Shown here piece after piece: positions 1-8,427 of a DNA stretch of 21,104 bases (its first letter is position 1; the number at the start of each line of letters is the position of its first letter). The notes beneath the pieces are model-generated. The model did not search any database, was not told where the DNA came from, and worked only from the letters and a program-made list of their open reading frames with translations. The translations under genes and the position numbers were made by a program. The stretch comes from an uncultured Deinococcales bacterium (GTDB taxonomy: Bacteria; Deinococcota; Deinococci; Deinococcales; JAAFIG01), in NCBI GenBank assembly GCA_964244895.1, contig CAXTKV010000080.1, forward strand, positions 1-21,104, given 5' to 3'.

Positions 1-776
1 ACCAGGGTGGCTTCGGGCCCGAGGCCGTGGATCGACGTCGAGGAGGCGGCCGGCGTGAAGCCGGTGGCGTTGTTGGAAATCGGCACGGCGCCGCCGTTGG
101 ACACCGTGATCTTCTGCAGCAGGTCCCCCGCGGTGGTGTAGCCGGTCTTGTCGTAGTTTTCCAGGTTGACTTTGGCCACGAAGAACTTCATGCCGCCCTT
201 GATGTACGGTTCCAAGGCCGCGCGCGCCCCGGCGGGAATCTTGTAGCCGTTTTCCACCAGCCACGTCTCGAGCCCGTTCGATTGCGTGGCGGAGAGGATC
301 ACGATGTCGTACTCGCCGACGCTGTACTGCGCTTCGATGGTCACGCCGAGGGCGTTGGCGCGTTGACCTGTGGATTCTTTCCGGACGGCATCCGTCGCGG
401 TTGGAGCCGCCATCGGTTGTGGAATGGGCGCACACGGGTCTTCATCGAAATACTCGACCAATCTTGGCGCGCTGTACGCATCCAGTTTCTGCACGACCGC
501 CGGATCGACGATCCGGATCTGGTCTTTTTGCAGCACGCTGGGCACGGGTACGACCATCGCGAAATCCTTGACGCTGCCCTGGAAGTCCGAAACCATCGTG
601 ATGTTGGTGCGGTTGCCGTCCCTGGCGATGATCACCTGGGATGCTTTGTTGTAGAGCTTCGCGTCCGCCCGAGCGACGTAAAAGCCGCAGAAGGCCAGCA
701 CTTGCGCACCGAACCCGATGCCCAGAATGGAAAGAACCGTCCAGCCGATCAACCGACCGCGCGCGTCCAATCTCAT
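1..776 (-). CDS. DUF2330 domain-containing exported protein (partial, runs off window start)
   Basis: Not in the ORF track. Manual translation from ATG at 776 gives MRLDARGRLIGWTVLSILGIGFGAQVLAFCGFYVARADAKLYNKASQVIIARDGNRT...DFAMVVPVP...YSAPRLVEYFDEDPC: a signal peptide followed by the FCGFYV and APRLVEY motifs typical of DUF2330. Confidence 0.85.
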   Translation of the reverse strand, partial: MRLDARGRLIGWTVLSILGIGFGAQVLAFCGFYVARADAKLYNKASQVIIARDGNRTNITMVSDFQGSVKDFAMVVPVPSVLQKDQIRIVDPAVVQKLDAYSAPRLVEYFDEDPCAPIPQPMAAPTATDAVRKESTGQRANALGVTIEAQYSVGEYDIVILSATQSNGLETWLVENGYKIPAGARAALEPYIKGGMKFFVAKVNLENYDKTGYTTAGDLLQKITVSNGGAVPISNNATGFTPAASSTSIHGLGPEATL

Positions 777-913
777 GTTGTCACCCCTGGTGGCAATCCT
801 ACGCGATGGCGTCGGGCTCGAGTACGCGAAAGCGCACATCTCGAGCGCCGAAGTCCCGAGCCCGCTTTGCAGCCTCGGAGACAGACCTTTTCGTGTCGCG
901 GGACGAGACTCCC

Positions 914-1543
914 GTGGTGATTACCGTTTACTTCGATTACCTCTGCCCGTTCGCCTGGCGCGGTCTGGAACTGATCAACGCCATCGCGCCCAGCCTTCAA
1001 CTCGAGTTCGAGGCCAGGCATTACAGCCTGCACCAGGGCAACCACGCGTCCAACACCCCGTTGCCGCGCGGCAAGCCCGTCTGGAAGCTGGCCGAACAAC
1101 CGGACGCCAACCTGGACGAGAACCAGCGCGGTGCGCGCCTGGCGTTCATGGCGTCCCACGCGGCGCGGTTGCAGGGCAAGCGGCTGTACGACCGTTTCGT
1201 GCTGGAATTGTTCCGCGCCAAGCACGCGCACAAGGCCGCCTTGACGATGGACACGATGCTCGAGGCCGCACGCCACGCCGAACTCGACCTCGAAAAATAT
1301 CAGCACGACCTGAAGGACGAACCCGCGCGCTTGGCGGAACTCGCGGTCGACCTGGACGCCGCCGACGAGATCGCCGTGTTCGGCACGCCAACCTTCGTGC
1401 TGGAATCCGGAAACGCTGCGTACTTCCGTTTCAGGGATCTGCCTGAATCGCTCGAGGCGAAGGTCGCGCTGTGGAACCTGTACACGACCGTGCTCGAGAG
1501 TGACGCGGGAATCGAGACGATCAAACGACCCAGAAAGCCCTGA
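914..1543 (+). CDS. DsbA-like thioredoxin-fold protein with single-Cys CPFA motif
   Basis: VITVYFDYLCPFAWRG at the N-terminus and VFGTPTFV cis-Pro motif. Start probably GTG 914 or 917 rather than 641. Confidence 0.8.
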   Translation: MVITVYFDYLCPFAWRGLELINAIAPSLQLEFEARHYSLHQGNHASNTPLPRGKPVWKLAEQPDANLDENQRGARLAFMASHAARLQGKRLYDRFVLELFRAKHAHKAALTMDTMLEAARHAELDLEKYQHDLKDEPARLAELAVDLDAADEIAVFGTPTFVLESGNAAYFRFRDLPESLEAKVALWNLYTTVLESDAGIETIKRPRKP

Positions 1544-1604
1544 GCGCGGGTGGCTCAAGGAAGACCGAATCCAGGCTACCAACCACATTGGCCTTCCTGC
1601 AAAA

Positions 1605-1696
1605 GTCAGTCTCGAGAACGGGTTCACGCGAGGGCAACCATGAAGGTTGCCCCTACACAACACGGTTTTGTCGGGGTCGGGCACGTCCCCACCCTT
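1605..1696. repeat. GTAG-type REP doublet (REPIN-like), copy 1
   Basis: 92-bp ungapped match to 11152-11243. Minus strand reads GTAGGGGCAACCTTCATGGTTGCCC, paired with a second inverted hairpin. Confidence 0.8.
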
Positions 1697-1804
1697 CACT
1701 CGAGACGTTTCCGACCGCTTTCGCAACAGGTCTATTGAGAGATCTCGTCGAATGCGAGAGCATCGGCGAAAGTTCCCGAACTTTGTTCAGGATGACAGCA
1801 CACG

Positions 1805-1854
1805 AGAACACCGTCCAGCACGCGCCATTAAATCTGCGTGCTGGACGATGTTCT
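1805..1854. repeat. Family A palindromic repeat (GAACACCGTCCAGCACG...CGTGCTGGACGGTGTTC)
   Basis: agaacaccgtccagcacgc-N12-gcgtgctggacgatgttct, ending 4 nt from the pheT stop. Confidence 0.85.
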
Positions 1855-1858
1855 TCGA

Positions 1859-4261
1859 CTACTCCCTGATCTCGAGCCCTTCGGAACGAACCGACGCGAT
1901 CACGGATTGCATGGCAGCATCCACCTCGGCGTCCGTCAAGGTGCGACCGGGCGCCCGGAACGACAGGTGAATCGCCACGCTGCGCGAGCCTTCAGGAATC
2001 GGTTTGCCCTCGTAGACATCGAAGGGTTCGACGCCCTCCAGCAGCAACCCAGCCGCGTCACGCGCGAGTTTTTCCAGCCTGGAGTACGGCACGCTTCTGG
2101 GCGCGATGATCGCCAGGTCGCGCAGCGCGCTCGGCTGACGGGACGGGTCGAGGAACGTCCATTCGTGCGTGGGTAAGGGCAAGCGCAATTCCGCCACGAA
2201 GGTCTGCGGTAATTCCAGATCGGACGCCACCTGCGGGTGCAACGCGCCGATCACGCCGACGGAAACACCGTTCCAGACGATCTCGCCCGCGATGCCCGGA
2301 TGCAGGTAGGTCGGTGGTTGCTCGAGTACGCGCACCTCGAGCGCATCACCCAGTTTGGCGGCGGCGCTCTCGAGCAAGCCCTTGAAGGCGAAGAACCCGC
2401 CCTGCACGCCATCCGTCCACGATTTCGGCGCGATCGGCCCGCTCATCAGCAAACCCAGGCGTTCCTCCTCCAGATCAAGGGATGGGAACACCCGCCCGAC
2501 CTCGAAGAGTTGCAACGATTCCACACCACGGTTGACCCGCGCCGCGTTCAGCAAGCTCGAGACGAGCTGCGTGCGCAAATGCGTGCGCTCCGAAGATTGC
2601 GGGTTGCGCAACTCCAGCACGGGTTCCGGCACGCGCGCCGACGCGGCCTCGCCGGGATGCGTGAAGCTGTAACTGACGATTTCCTGGAAACCCAGGCCCA
2701 CGAACGCGTCCTTGACGGCCCGCGTGACCCGCATCGGCGCGTCTGTCGCCTTGGCGAGCGGGTTGACGGTGAAGCTCGGCAGGGTTTCCGGGATCGCGTC
2801 GTACCCCAGAATTCGCGCGACTTCCTCGATCAGGTCTTCTTCCAGATCCATGTTGATGCGCCAGGTCGGGGAATGTACAGTCCAGACCTCGCCTGACGCG
2901 TTCTCGAGAACGAACCCGAGACGCTCGAGCGCGGCTTTCATGTCGGCAGCCTCGTAACCCGTACCCAGGTAATCGTTGGCGTGGGACGGGCTGAACTGAA
3001 CGGTCACGCGAGCTTTCTCGCCGCCAGCGTCGCGGTGTCCGGGCACGACCTCTCCCCCGCCGGTCTGCTGCACGAGTTCCATGTACCGATCCGCCGCCCA
3101 CGCGCAGAGGTTCGGGTCGACGCCGCGCTCATAGCGGTACACGGCGTCCGTGGCCAATCCCAGGCGTCTCGCGGTCAAGCGCAATCGCACGGCGTCGAAG
3201 TGAGCGCTCTCGAGGATCATGTCGGTGGTCGCGTTTGAGATCGCGCTGTAGGCCGCGCCGATCACGCCCGCCACGCCGATCACCCTGAATTCGCCGTTCA
3301 CGGGCGTCGTGATGACCAGGTCTTTCGACGAGAGTTCACGAGTCTGATCGTCCAGCGACACGACCGATTCGCCGTTCAGCGCGGCACGCACCAGAATTGC
3401 GGATTCAGGCAGGTCACGCGCGTCGTAAGCCGCCGTGGGTTGCCCGAGTTCCAGCATCACGTAATTGCTGGCGTCCACCAGGTTGTTGATCGCGCGCATT
3501 CCGCCGTTGACCACGCGGCGTTGCAACCACGCGGGGCTGGGGCCGACCTTCACACCCTTCGCCATGCGGGTCACGAACCGGTCGCAGTGCGAATCGGTGA
3601 TCTCGAGGCGGACGGGGAAGTTCGCGTCGTGTTCGCTCTCGAGACCTCGAGATGGGAGTTTGAGTTCGAGCTTCAAATACGCCGCGATGTCACGGGCGAT
3701 GCCCAGGACGGACAGCGCATCCGCGCGGTTGGGCGTGACCTCAATGTCCAGGACGTGATCAGTAGGCCACAGCTCGGACAACGGCGTGCCCGGTTTCGCG
3801 TCCGTGACTGGGAACTCGAGCAAACCGCCACCGTAGTCACCGATGCCCAGTTCCTTCGGGCTGCACGCCATGCCCCACGATTCGATGCCCTGAATCGTGC
3901 GGATGCCCACGACGGTTCCCTGACCGTCCGTGTCCACGCTCTGAAAGGCCGCCAGTTGCGTTCCCGGCACGGCCACCGCCACGCCCACACCCGCCATCGC
4001 GTTCGGCGCGCCCGTCACGACCGTTTTGGGAACACCGTCTCCCACGTCAATTTTGAGCACCTTCAGATGCGTGTCTGGGACGGTGTTTTCCTCGAGCACC
4101 AGGCCGAAGACCACGCCATCGGGCGGCGCTGGCGCATCAATAATTTCTTCGATACCCGTGCCCAGCATCGCCATGATCGGCTCGAGGGCGTGCGGGTCGT
4201 TGCCGATCCTGGCGGGAAGCTCTGGCAGCAATTCGATCAACCACGAATACGGAACGTTCAT
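1859..4261 (-). CDS. pheT: Phenylalanine--tRNA ligase beta subunit
   Basis: MNVPYSWLIE start with GAGG RBS; VTPNRADALSVLGIARD, ESAHFD, RYERGVDP, DLIEEVARILGY and C-terminal FDX-ACB (RTLTDAEV). Confidence 0.98.
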   Translation of the reverse strand: MNVPYSWLIELLPELPARIGNDPHALEPIMAMLGTGIEEIIDAPAPPDGVVFGLVLEENTVPDTHLKVLKIDVGDGVPKTVVTGAPNAMAGVGVAVAVPGTQLAAFQSVDTDGQGTVVGIRTIQGIESWGMACSPKELGIGDYGGGLLEFPVTDAKPGTPLSELWPTDHVLDIEVTPNRADALSVLGIARDIAAYLKLELKLPSRGLESEHDANFPVRLEITDSHCDRFVTRMAKGVKVGPSPAWLQRRVVNGGMRAINNLVDASNYVMLELGQPTAAYDARDLPESAILVRAALNGESVVSLDDQTRELSSKDLVITTPVNGEFRVIGVAGVIGAAYSAISNATTDMILESAHFDAVRLRLTARRLGLATDAVYRYERGVDPNLCAWAADRYMELVQQTGGGEVVPGHRDAGGEKARVTVQFSPSHANDYLGTGYEAADMKAALERLGFVLENASGEVWTVHSPTWRINMDLEEDLIEEVARILGYDAIPETLPSFTVNPLAKATDAPMRVTRAVKDAFVGLGFQEIVSYSFTHPGEAASARVPEPVLELRNPQSSERTHLRTQLVSSLLNAARVNRGVESLQLFEVGRVFPSLDLEEERLGLLMSGPIAPKSWTDGVQGGFFAFKGLLESAAAKLGDALEVRVLEQPPTYLHPGIAGEIVWNGVSVGVIGALHPQVASDLELPQTFVAELRLPLPTHEWTFLDPSRQPSALRDLAIIAPRSVPYSRLEKLARDAAGLLLEGVEPFDVYEGKPIPEGSRSVAIHLSFRAPGRTLTDAEVDAAMQSVIASVRSEGLEIRE

Positions 4262-4281
4262 TGGAACCTCGTTTGGGTGAT

Positions 4282-4306
4282 GAGCCTCAAGCCGCAAGCC
4301 TCAAGG
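4282..4306. repeat. Heptamer tandem array, arm downstream of the four-helix-bundle gene
   Basis: GAGCCTC AAGCCGC AAGCCTC AAGG; contains the stop codon of the 4301-4660 gene; inverted relative to 4677-4708. Confidence 0.85.
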
Positions 4307-4660
4307 TCGGGACCGCAGTTTGCGAACGAAAGTGATCAGCATGCGTTTGATTTCTTCGGTTTGAAGGTTGAGATGGTTGTAAGATTCGCCATCAAGGTAG
4401 CCGAGGTCTTTGCAGAGAATCAGGTGGTACTCGAGTTCAGTCGTTGAGCCGAGTGCGATCGTCAGAAATCGGTGCATCTCAGGATCTGTGTCCCGTCCGC
4501 TTCCTTCAGCAATATTGGCTGGTACAGATGATGCTGCTCGTCTCACCTGACTGACGAGTCCGTACAACTCTTCTCGAGGAAAGGTTTTGCTCACCCGATA
4601 CACCCCGAGCGTCAACGCGTGGCTTTTTTGCCAAACGATCAGCTCCCTGAAATTCCTCAT
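4301..4660 (-). CDS. Four helix bundle protein (23S rRNA IVS protein / bAvd-like family)
   Basis: MRNFRELIVWQKSH...FPREELYGLVSQVRRAASSVPANIAEGSGR...FLTIALGSTTELEYHL: family signature; 119 aa; less GC-rich than pheS/pheT by eye. Confidence 0.95.
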   Translation of the reverse strand: MRNFRELIVWQKSHALTLGVYRVSKTFPREELYGLVSQVRRAASSVPANIAEGSGRDTDPEMHRFLTIALGSTTELEYHLILCKDLGYLDGESYNHLNLQTEEIKRMLITFVRKLRSRP

Positions 4661-4676
4661 CCCCTGCCCCGCCGTT

Positions 4677-4708
4677 CCTTGTGGCTTGCGGCTCGCGGCT
4701 TGTGGCCC
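4677..4708. repeat. Heptamer tandem array, arm upstream of the four-helix-bundle gene
   Basis: Minus strand reads GGGCCAC AAGCCGC GAGCCGC AAGCCAC AAGG, starting 7 nt after the pheS stop. Confidence 0.85.
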
Positions 4709-4715
4709 TTCCGTT

Positions 4716-5726
4716 TCATTCCAACGCCCCTCTGAACTGATTCAACACCCGCAGATCGTTCTGGAAGAAGTACCGCACGTCGGGAATGCCGTACTTGATC
4801 ATCGCCAGTCGTTCGATGCCCAGCCCGAAAGCGAAGCCTCGAGCCCCGCCGTAGACGGTGTCACCGCGCAATTTGCAGACTTCCTCGAAGACGCGCGGGT
4901 GAACCATGCCGGAACCGCCCAGTTCCAACCATTTGGCCTCGCCGGTTCTGGTGTTCTCCCAGTACACGGCGAAATCCGCGCTGGGTTCGGTGAAGGGGTA
5001 GTAGCTGGGTTGGAAACGCACTCTGGTTTTCGGGCCGAACAGGGCGCGGCCCATTTCGGCCAGCGTGCCTTTCAGGTCGGCCATGGTGATGTCCGGGCCG
5101 ACGACCAGGCCTTCGAGTTGGTGGAACATGGCTTCGTGCGTGGCGTCCACTTGTTCAAAGCGGTAGGTTTTGCCGGGCACGACGATCTTGAAGGGCGGCG
5201 TGAAGGTTTCCATGAAGCGCGCCTGCATCGGGCTGGTGTGGGTGCGCAGCAATCGTCCGTCGGTCAGCCAGAAGGTGTCCCACAGGTCGCGGGCGGGGTG
5301 GTAGCTGGGGATGTTCAAGGCGTCGAAGTTGTACTGTTCGGTTTCGACTTCCGCGCCCTGCACGACGGCATAACCCATGGCGCGGTAGATGTCGGACAGG
5401 TCGTCGATGATGCGGGTGATCAAGTGGAATCCGCCGACGGGCAGTTTCAGTCCGGGCAGGGTCACGTCGAGCGCTTCGCTTTGAAGTTTGCGCTCGAGTT
5501 CCGCGTTCTTGATCTCGAGTTCTTTGCCGTCGAAGATGGTTTCGAGTTCGGATTTGACCAGGTTGAGCGCCGCGCCCTTGATCTTGCGTTCCTCGGGCGT
5601 CAGGTTGCCGAGGGTTTTGAGTTCGGCGGTCAGCAAACCTTTCTTGCCGAGGTACTTGACGCGCACGTCCTGGACTGCCGCGAGCGTGTCGGCGCGCTCG
5701 AGTTCCGTTTTCGCTTGGTTGACCAT
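4716..5726 (-). CDS. pheS: Phenylalanine--tRNA ligase alpha subunit
   Basis: YLGKKG, HPARDLWDTF, LLRTHTSPMQ, DATHEAMFHQLEG, YYPFTEPS, GFAFGLGIERLAM; GGGAGG RBS. Confidence 0.99.
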   Translation of the reverse strand: MVNQAKTELERADTLAAVQDVRVKYLGKKGLLTAELKTLGNLTPEERKIKGAALNLVKSELETIFDGKELEIKNAELERKLQSEALDVTLPGLKLPVGGFHLITRIIDDLSDIYRAMGYAVVQGAEVETEQYNFDALNIPSYHPARDLWDTFWLTDGRLLRTHTSPMQARFMETFTPPFKIVVPGKTYRFEQVDATHEAMFHQLEGLVVGPDITMADLKGTLAEMGRALFGPKTRVRFQPSYYPFTEPSADFAVYWENTRTGEAKWLELGGSGMVHPRVFEEVCKLRGDTVYGGARGFAFGLGIERLAMIKYGIPDVRYFFQNDLRVLNQFRGALE

Positions 5727-5779
5727 GAATTCCTCCCGTGTGCTCGAGCTTGAAAGAACGTTCGGTGCGGTCCGAAACC

Positions 5780-5806
5780 AAAGAAAAACTTCGGCCTAAG
5801 CCGAAG
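5780..5806 (-). terminator. Intrinsic terminator in the pheS 5' leader (attenuator)
   Basis: Minus strand CTTCGGC-TTAG-GCCGAAG-TTTTTCTTT, about 55 nt upstream of the pheS ATG. Confidence 0.75.
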
Positions 5807-5836
5807 CTCGAGCGCACAACCCCTGTGGGTTGGGCG

Positions 5837-5869
5837 CTAACTCGTAAAGGGCGAACGTGTACCGTTCAT
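5837..5869 (-). CDS. Putative pheST leader peptide MNGTRSPFTS
   Basis: ATG AAC GGT ACA CGT TCG CCC TTT ACG AGT TAG; TAACCT -10 box (5877-5882) 7 nt upstream; followed by hairpin 5811-5838 and the terminator. Confidence 0.5.
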   Translation of the reverse strand: MNGTRSPFTS

Positions 5870-5957
5870 GCGAGAAAGGTTACTCGAGCCCGCTGGGTGC
5901 GTCAAGCGCGCGTTGGCCTAGGCCGTCTGGCCCGAGGTGTTCTCGGGGTAAAAAGTA

Positions 5958-6018
5958 GAGAACACCGTCCAGCACAGTGTTCTCGGGCATCAAGAATTTG
6001 CGTCCAGGACGGTGTTCC
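5958..6018. repeat. Family A palindromic repeat
   Basis: gagaacaccgtccagcac...caggacggtgttcc just downstream of the DinB stop. Confidence 0.8.
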
Positions 6019-6031
6019 CACCATCACGCTT

Positions 6032-6565
6032 TTACTCGAGGCGCTTCTTGATGCCCGCCTCGTGGTGCTGGTTGTGGTAGATGGTGAACAAGACCATCTC
6101 GCGCACGGTGATCGGCCCCATCAGCGGGTGCGGCATGGCGTAGCGGTCGAGATCGTCGTCCTTGAGCCCTTCCAGGGCGCTGGAAAGTTGCACCAGTGCG
6201 CCGCTGAAGCCCCTGGAAAGTTCGCGTTGATATTTTTCGCGATCCTTGACGGGTTCCAGGGTCGGTGCGAAACGACCGACGGGCGGCACGCCCGCACCGA
6301 GGGCTTTCAGGTACGCGTCGCGCACTTCAACAAAGGTTCTCGAGGTCGTGCCCTCGGCTGTGGCGGGCAAGCGCGAGGCGTTCTGGAGGGCTCGAGCCAG
6401 CGGTGTGACGGATTGGATCAGGTGTTGGACGTGGTGCGCGGGCGACCAGCTTTCGTCGCTGCCATCGAAGAACCGGCGCATCGGGATGCTGGAAAAAAAA
6501 GCGTTCAGTTGCAGCGATTGTCGCTGGAGGGCAGCGCGCAATTCGTCGTGTTTGTAGGCATCCAT
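6032..6565 (-). CDS. DinB family protein
   Basis: WSPAHHVQHL and HPLMGPITVREMVLFTIYHNQHH metal-binding His motifs; leaderless, TAGACT (6572-6577) 6 nt upstream. Confidence 0.9.
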   Translation of the reverse strand: MDAYKHDELRAALQRQSLQLNAFFSSIPMRRFFDGSDESWSPAHHVQHLIQSVTPLARALQNASRLPATAEGTTSRTFVEVRDAYLKALGAGVPPVGRFAPTLEPVKDREKYQRELSRGFSGALVQLSSALEGLKDDDLDRYAMPHPLMGPITVREMVLFTIYHNQHHEAGIKKRLE

Positions 6566-6700
6566 CCGTGCAGTCTACTCGCGCAATCTGAGTGATCGGG
6601 CATGCGACGCATCCGCGCATGAACGCGCGAACCGCGCCGGACGAGATTTTTCGGGCTCGAGACCGACGATTTCGGGTGACTCGCGTGCCAAAATGCCCGA

Positions 6701-7348
6701 ATGGCGATCCGGGCGGTATTTTTCGACGTGGGCGAGACGCTGGTGAACGAGGAAGCGTCCTGGGGCGCGTGGGCGGATTTCCTGGGCGTGACGCGCTTGA
6801 CGTTCTTCGCGTGCCTGGGCGCGGTGATCGAGCGCGGCGAGCATCACCGGCGCGTGTTCGATCTGGTCGCGCCGGGGTTGGATTTCGAGAAGGCGCGAAA
6901 AGAAAAGCTCGAGCGGGGCTTCGCGGATCGTTTCGGCTCTCAAGATTTTTACCCCGATGCGATCCCGTGCCTGCGCGCGCTCAAAGCTCGCGGCTTGCAG
7001 ATCGGGCTTTCCGGCAATCAACCCGCCCAGACCGAGGAGGTTTTGCGAGAACTCGATCTGGGCGCGGATTTCATCGCGTCTTCGGCCTCGTGGGGCGTCG
7101 AGAAGCCCGACGCACGGTTTTTCGAGAAAATGCTCGAGATCACGAATCTTGAACCCGCGCAGGTCGTTTACGTCGGTGATCGGTTGGACAACGACGTGCT
7201 GCCCGTGGTTCGGGTCGGCATGAAGGCCGTGTTCGTGCGGCGCGGGCCGTGGGGCTTCCTGCACGCGCAAAAACCCGAAATTTCCCTGGCGCACGCGCAG
7301 ATCGAGTCGCTGGTGGAATTGCCCGGTGTGCTCGAGGGGTTGGGTTAA
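6701..7348 (+). CDS. HAD family hydrolase
   Basis: Motif I FFDVGETL, motif II LSGN, EKPD, motif IV YVGDRLDND. Confidence 0.9.
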   Translation: MAIRAVFFDVGETLVNEEASWGAWADFLGVTRLTFFACLGAVIERGEHHRRVFDLVAPGLDFEKARKEKLERGFADRFGSQDFYPDAIPCLRALKARGLQIGLSGNQPAQTEEVLRELDLGADFIASSASWGVEKPDARFFEKMLEITNLEPAQVVYVGDRLDNDVLPVVRVGMKAVFVRRGPWGFLHAQKPEISLAHAQIESLVELPGVLEGLG

Positions 7349-7349
7349 C

Positions 7350-7403
7350 GAACACCGTCCAGCACGTATTGCCAAAAAGACCGTCCTGGACGGTCTTTTT
7401 GGC
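7350..7403. repeat. Family A repeat half plus perfect 33-bp palindrome variant (possible terminator)
   Basis: gaacaccgtccagcacg 1 nt after the HAD stop, then gccaaaaagaccgtcc-t-ggacggtctttttggc (7371-7403). Confidence 0.8.
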
Positions 7404-7695
7404 TTTTGAAGGCTCGAGACGATCGACGCACGCGCCCGATCACGGCTCGAGGCTCGAGAATACCGTCCTGAACGTCGTCTGTCAGTCACCAAAAGCCCCG
7501 AGAATGAACGCCAAAAATATCAAACATGAGCGTCTCGGGCGCTCTTTCTTCATCCGGCTTTGAGGTTGCGCGCTTACTTTGAAAAAGCGAACGATCTGCA
7601 CCTGAGCCGTCGCTTCACCAAACCCAACCAGCATCACAAAAACACTGTGCTGGAGTTAGGAAATCCGTGATATTTCGCATGGTACGGTTCACAGC

Positions 7696-8427
7696 GTGAG
7701 ACAAGCGCCCCCAGTCGGAGAGAATCCCGACAAGGCACAACGCGTCCAGGAGATGTTCGACTCCATCGCGGGCCGATACGACCTGTTGAACCGCGTCCTG
7801 AGCGCCGGTGTGGACCGCGGCTGGCGCGTGGCCGCCGCCAGGGAAGTCCTGGGAAATAACCCGAAGGACATCCTGGATGTCGCCACCGGAACCGGCGATT
7901 TCGCCATCGCCATCAAACGGCTTTCACCGCAGTCAAACGTTGTGGGCAGCGATTTTGTCCCCAAGATGCTCGAGATCGCCAGAGAAAAAGCCAAGAAGCT
8001 CAACCTGGAGATGCCGTTCGAGGAAGGCGACGCCCTGCGCCTGCCCTACCCGGACGCGAGCTTCGATTCGCTCTCGTGCGCCTTCGGCTTTCGCAACTTC
8101 GCGGATTTCAAAAAGGGACTTCAGGAATTCCACCGCGTGCTGCGACCGGGCGGTCGCGCCGTGATTCTCGAGTTCCCACCGCCGCCGGAAACGCTCCTGG
8201 GCAGCATGTACGGCCTGTACTTCCGCAGCGTCCTGCCGTTCATTGGCGGGGTCATCTCTGGACGGCCAGAAGCCTACCGATACCTGCCCGAAAGCGTGAT
8301 CGCCTTCCCGAAACCCGAGACCCTGGCGGAACTGATGACATCCGTCGGTTTCCAAACCCGATACCGGGTGCTCACGGGCGGACTGGCCGCCATCCACGTC
8401 GGCGTGAAAACTGGAGCCCAAGCATGA
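7696..8427 (+). CDS. ubiE: Demethylmenaquinone methyltransferase (UbiE/MenG family)
   Basis: MFDSIAGRYDLLNRVLS, ILDVATGTGD, FGFRNF, RVLRPGG, AYRYLPES; leaderless GTG with TACGGT (7683-7688). Confidence 0.93.
   Translation: MRQAPPVGENPDKAQRVQEMFDSIAGRYDLLNRVLSAGVDRGWRVAAAREVLGNNPKDILDVATGTGDFAIAIKRLSPQSNVVGSDFVPKMLEIAREKAKKLNLEMPFEEGDALRLPYPDASFDSLSCAFGFRNFADFKKGLQEFHRVLRPGGRAVILEFPPPPETLLGSMYGLYFRSVLPFIGGVISGRPEAYRYLPESVIAFPKPETLAELMTSVGFQTRYRVLTGGLAAIHVGVKTGAQA

Noticed and set aside
27..920. Long ORF-track frames such as 27-920, 3440-4447, 4587-5753, 15938-17230 and 19516-20733
   Set aside because: Antisense or shifted shadows of real genes, expected in GC-rich DNA; no motifs.
4262..4297. 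N-terminal extension of PheT (MRLEAHHPNEVP)
   Set aside because: Derives from the heptamer arm; the RBS and family N-terminus point to ATG 4261.
4301..4660. Diversity-generating retroelement or rRNA IVS
   Set aside because: No reverse transcriptase, no TR/VR pair and no rRNA gene in the window.
5727..5957. T-box riboswitch upstream of pheS
   Set aside because: No UGGNACC T-box bulge or recognisable stem I, and too little room between the -10 box and the terminator.
7480..7680. AT-richer spacer before ubiE as an ncRNA or operator (gaaat-N7-atttc)
   Set aside because: Only short, weak palindromes; no recognisable RNA family or regulator box.
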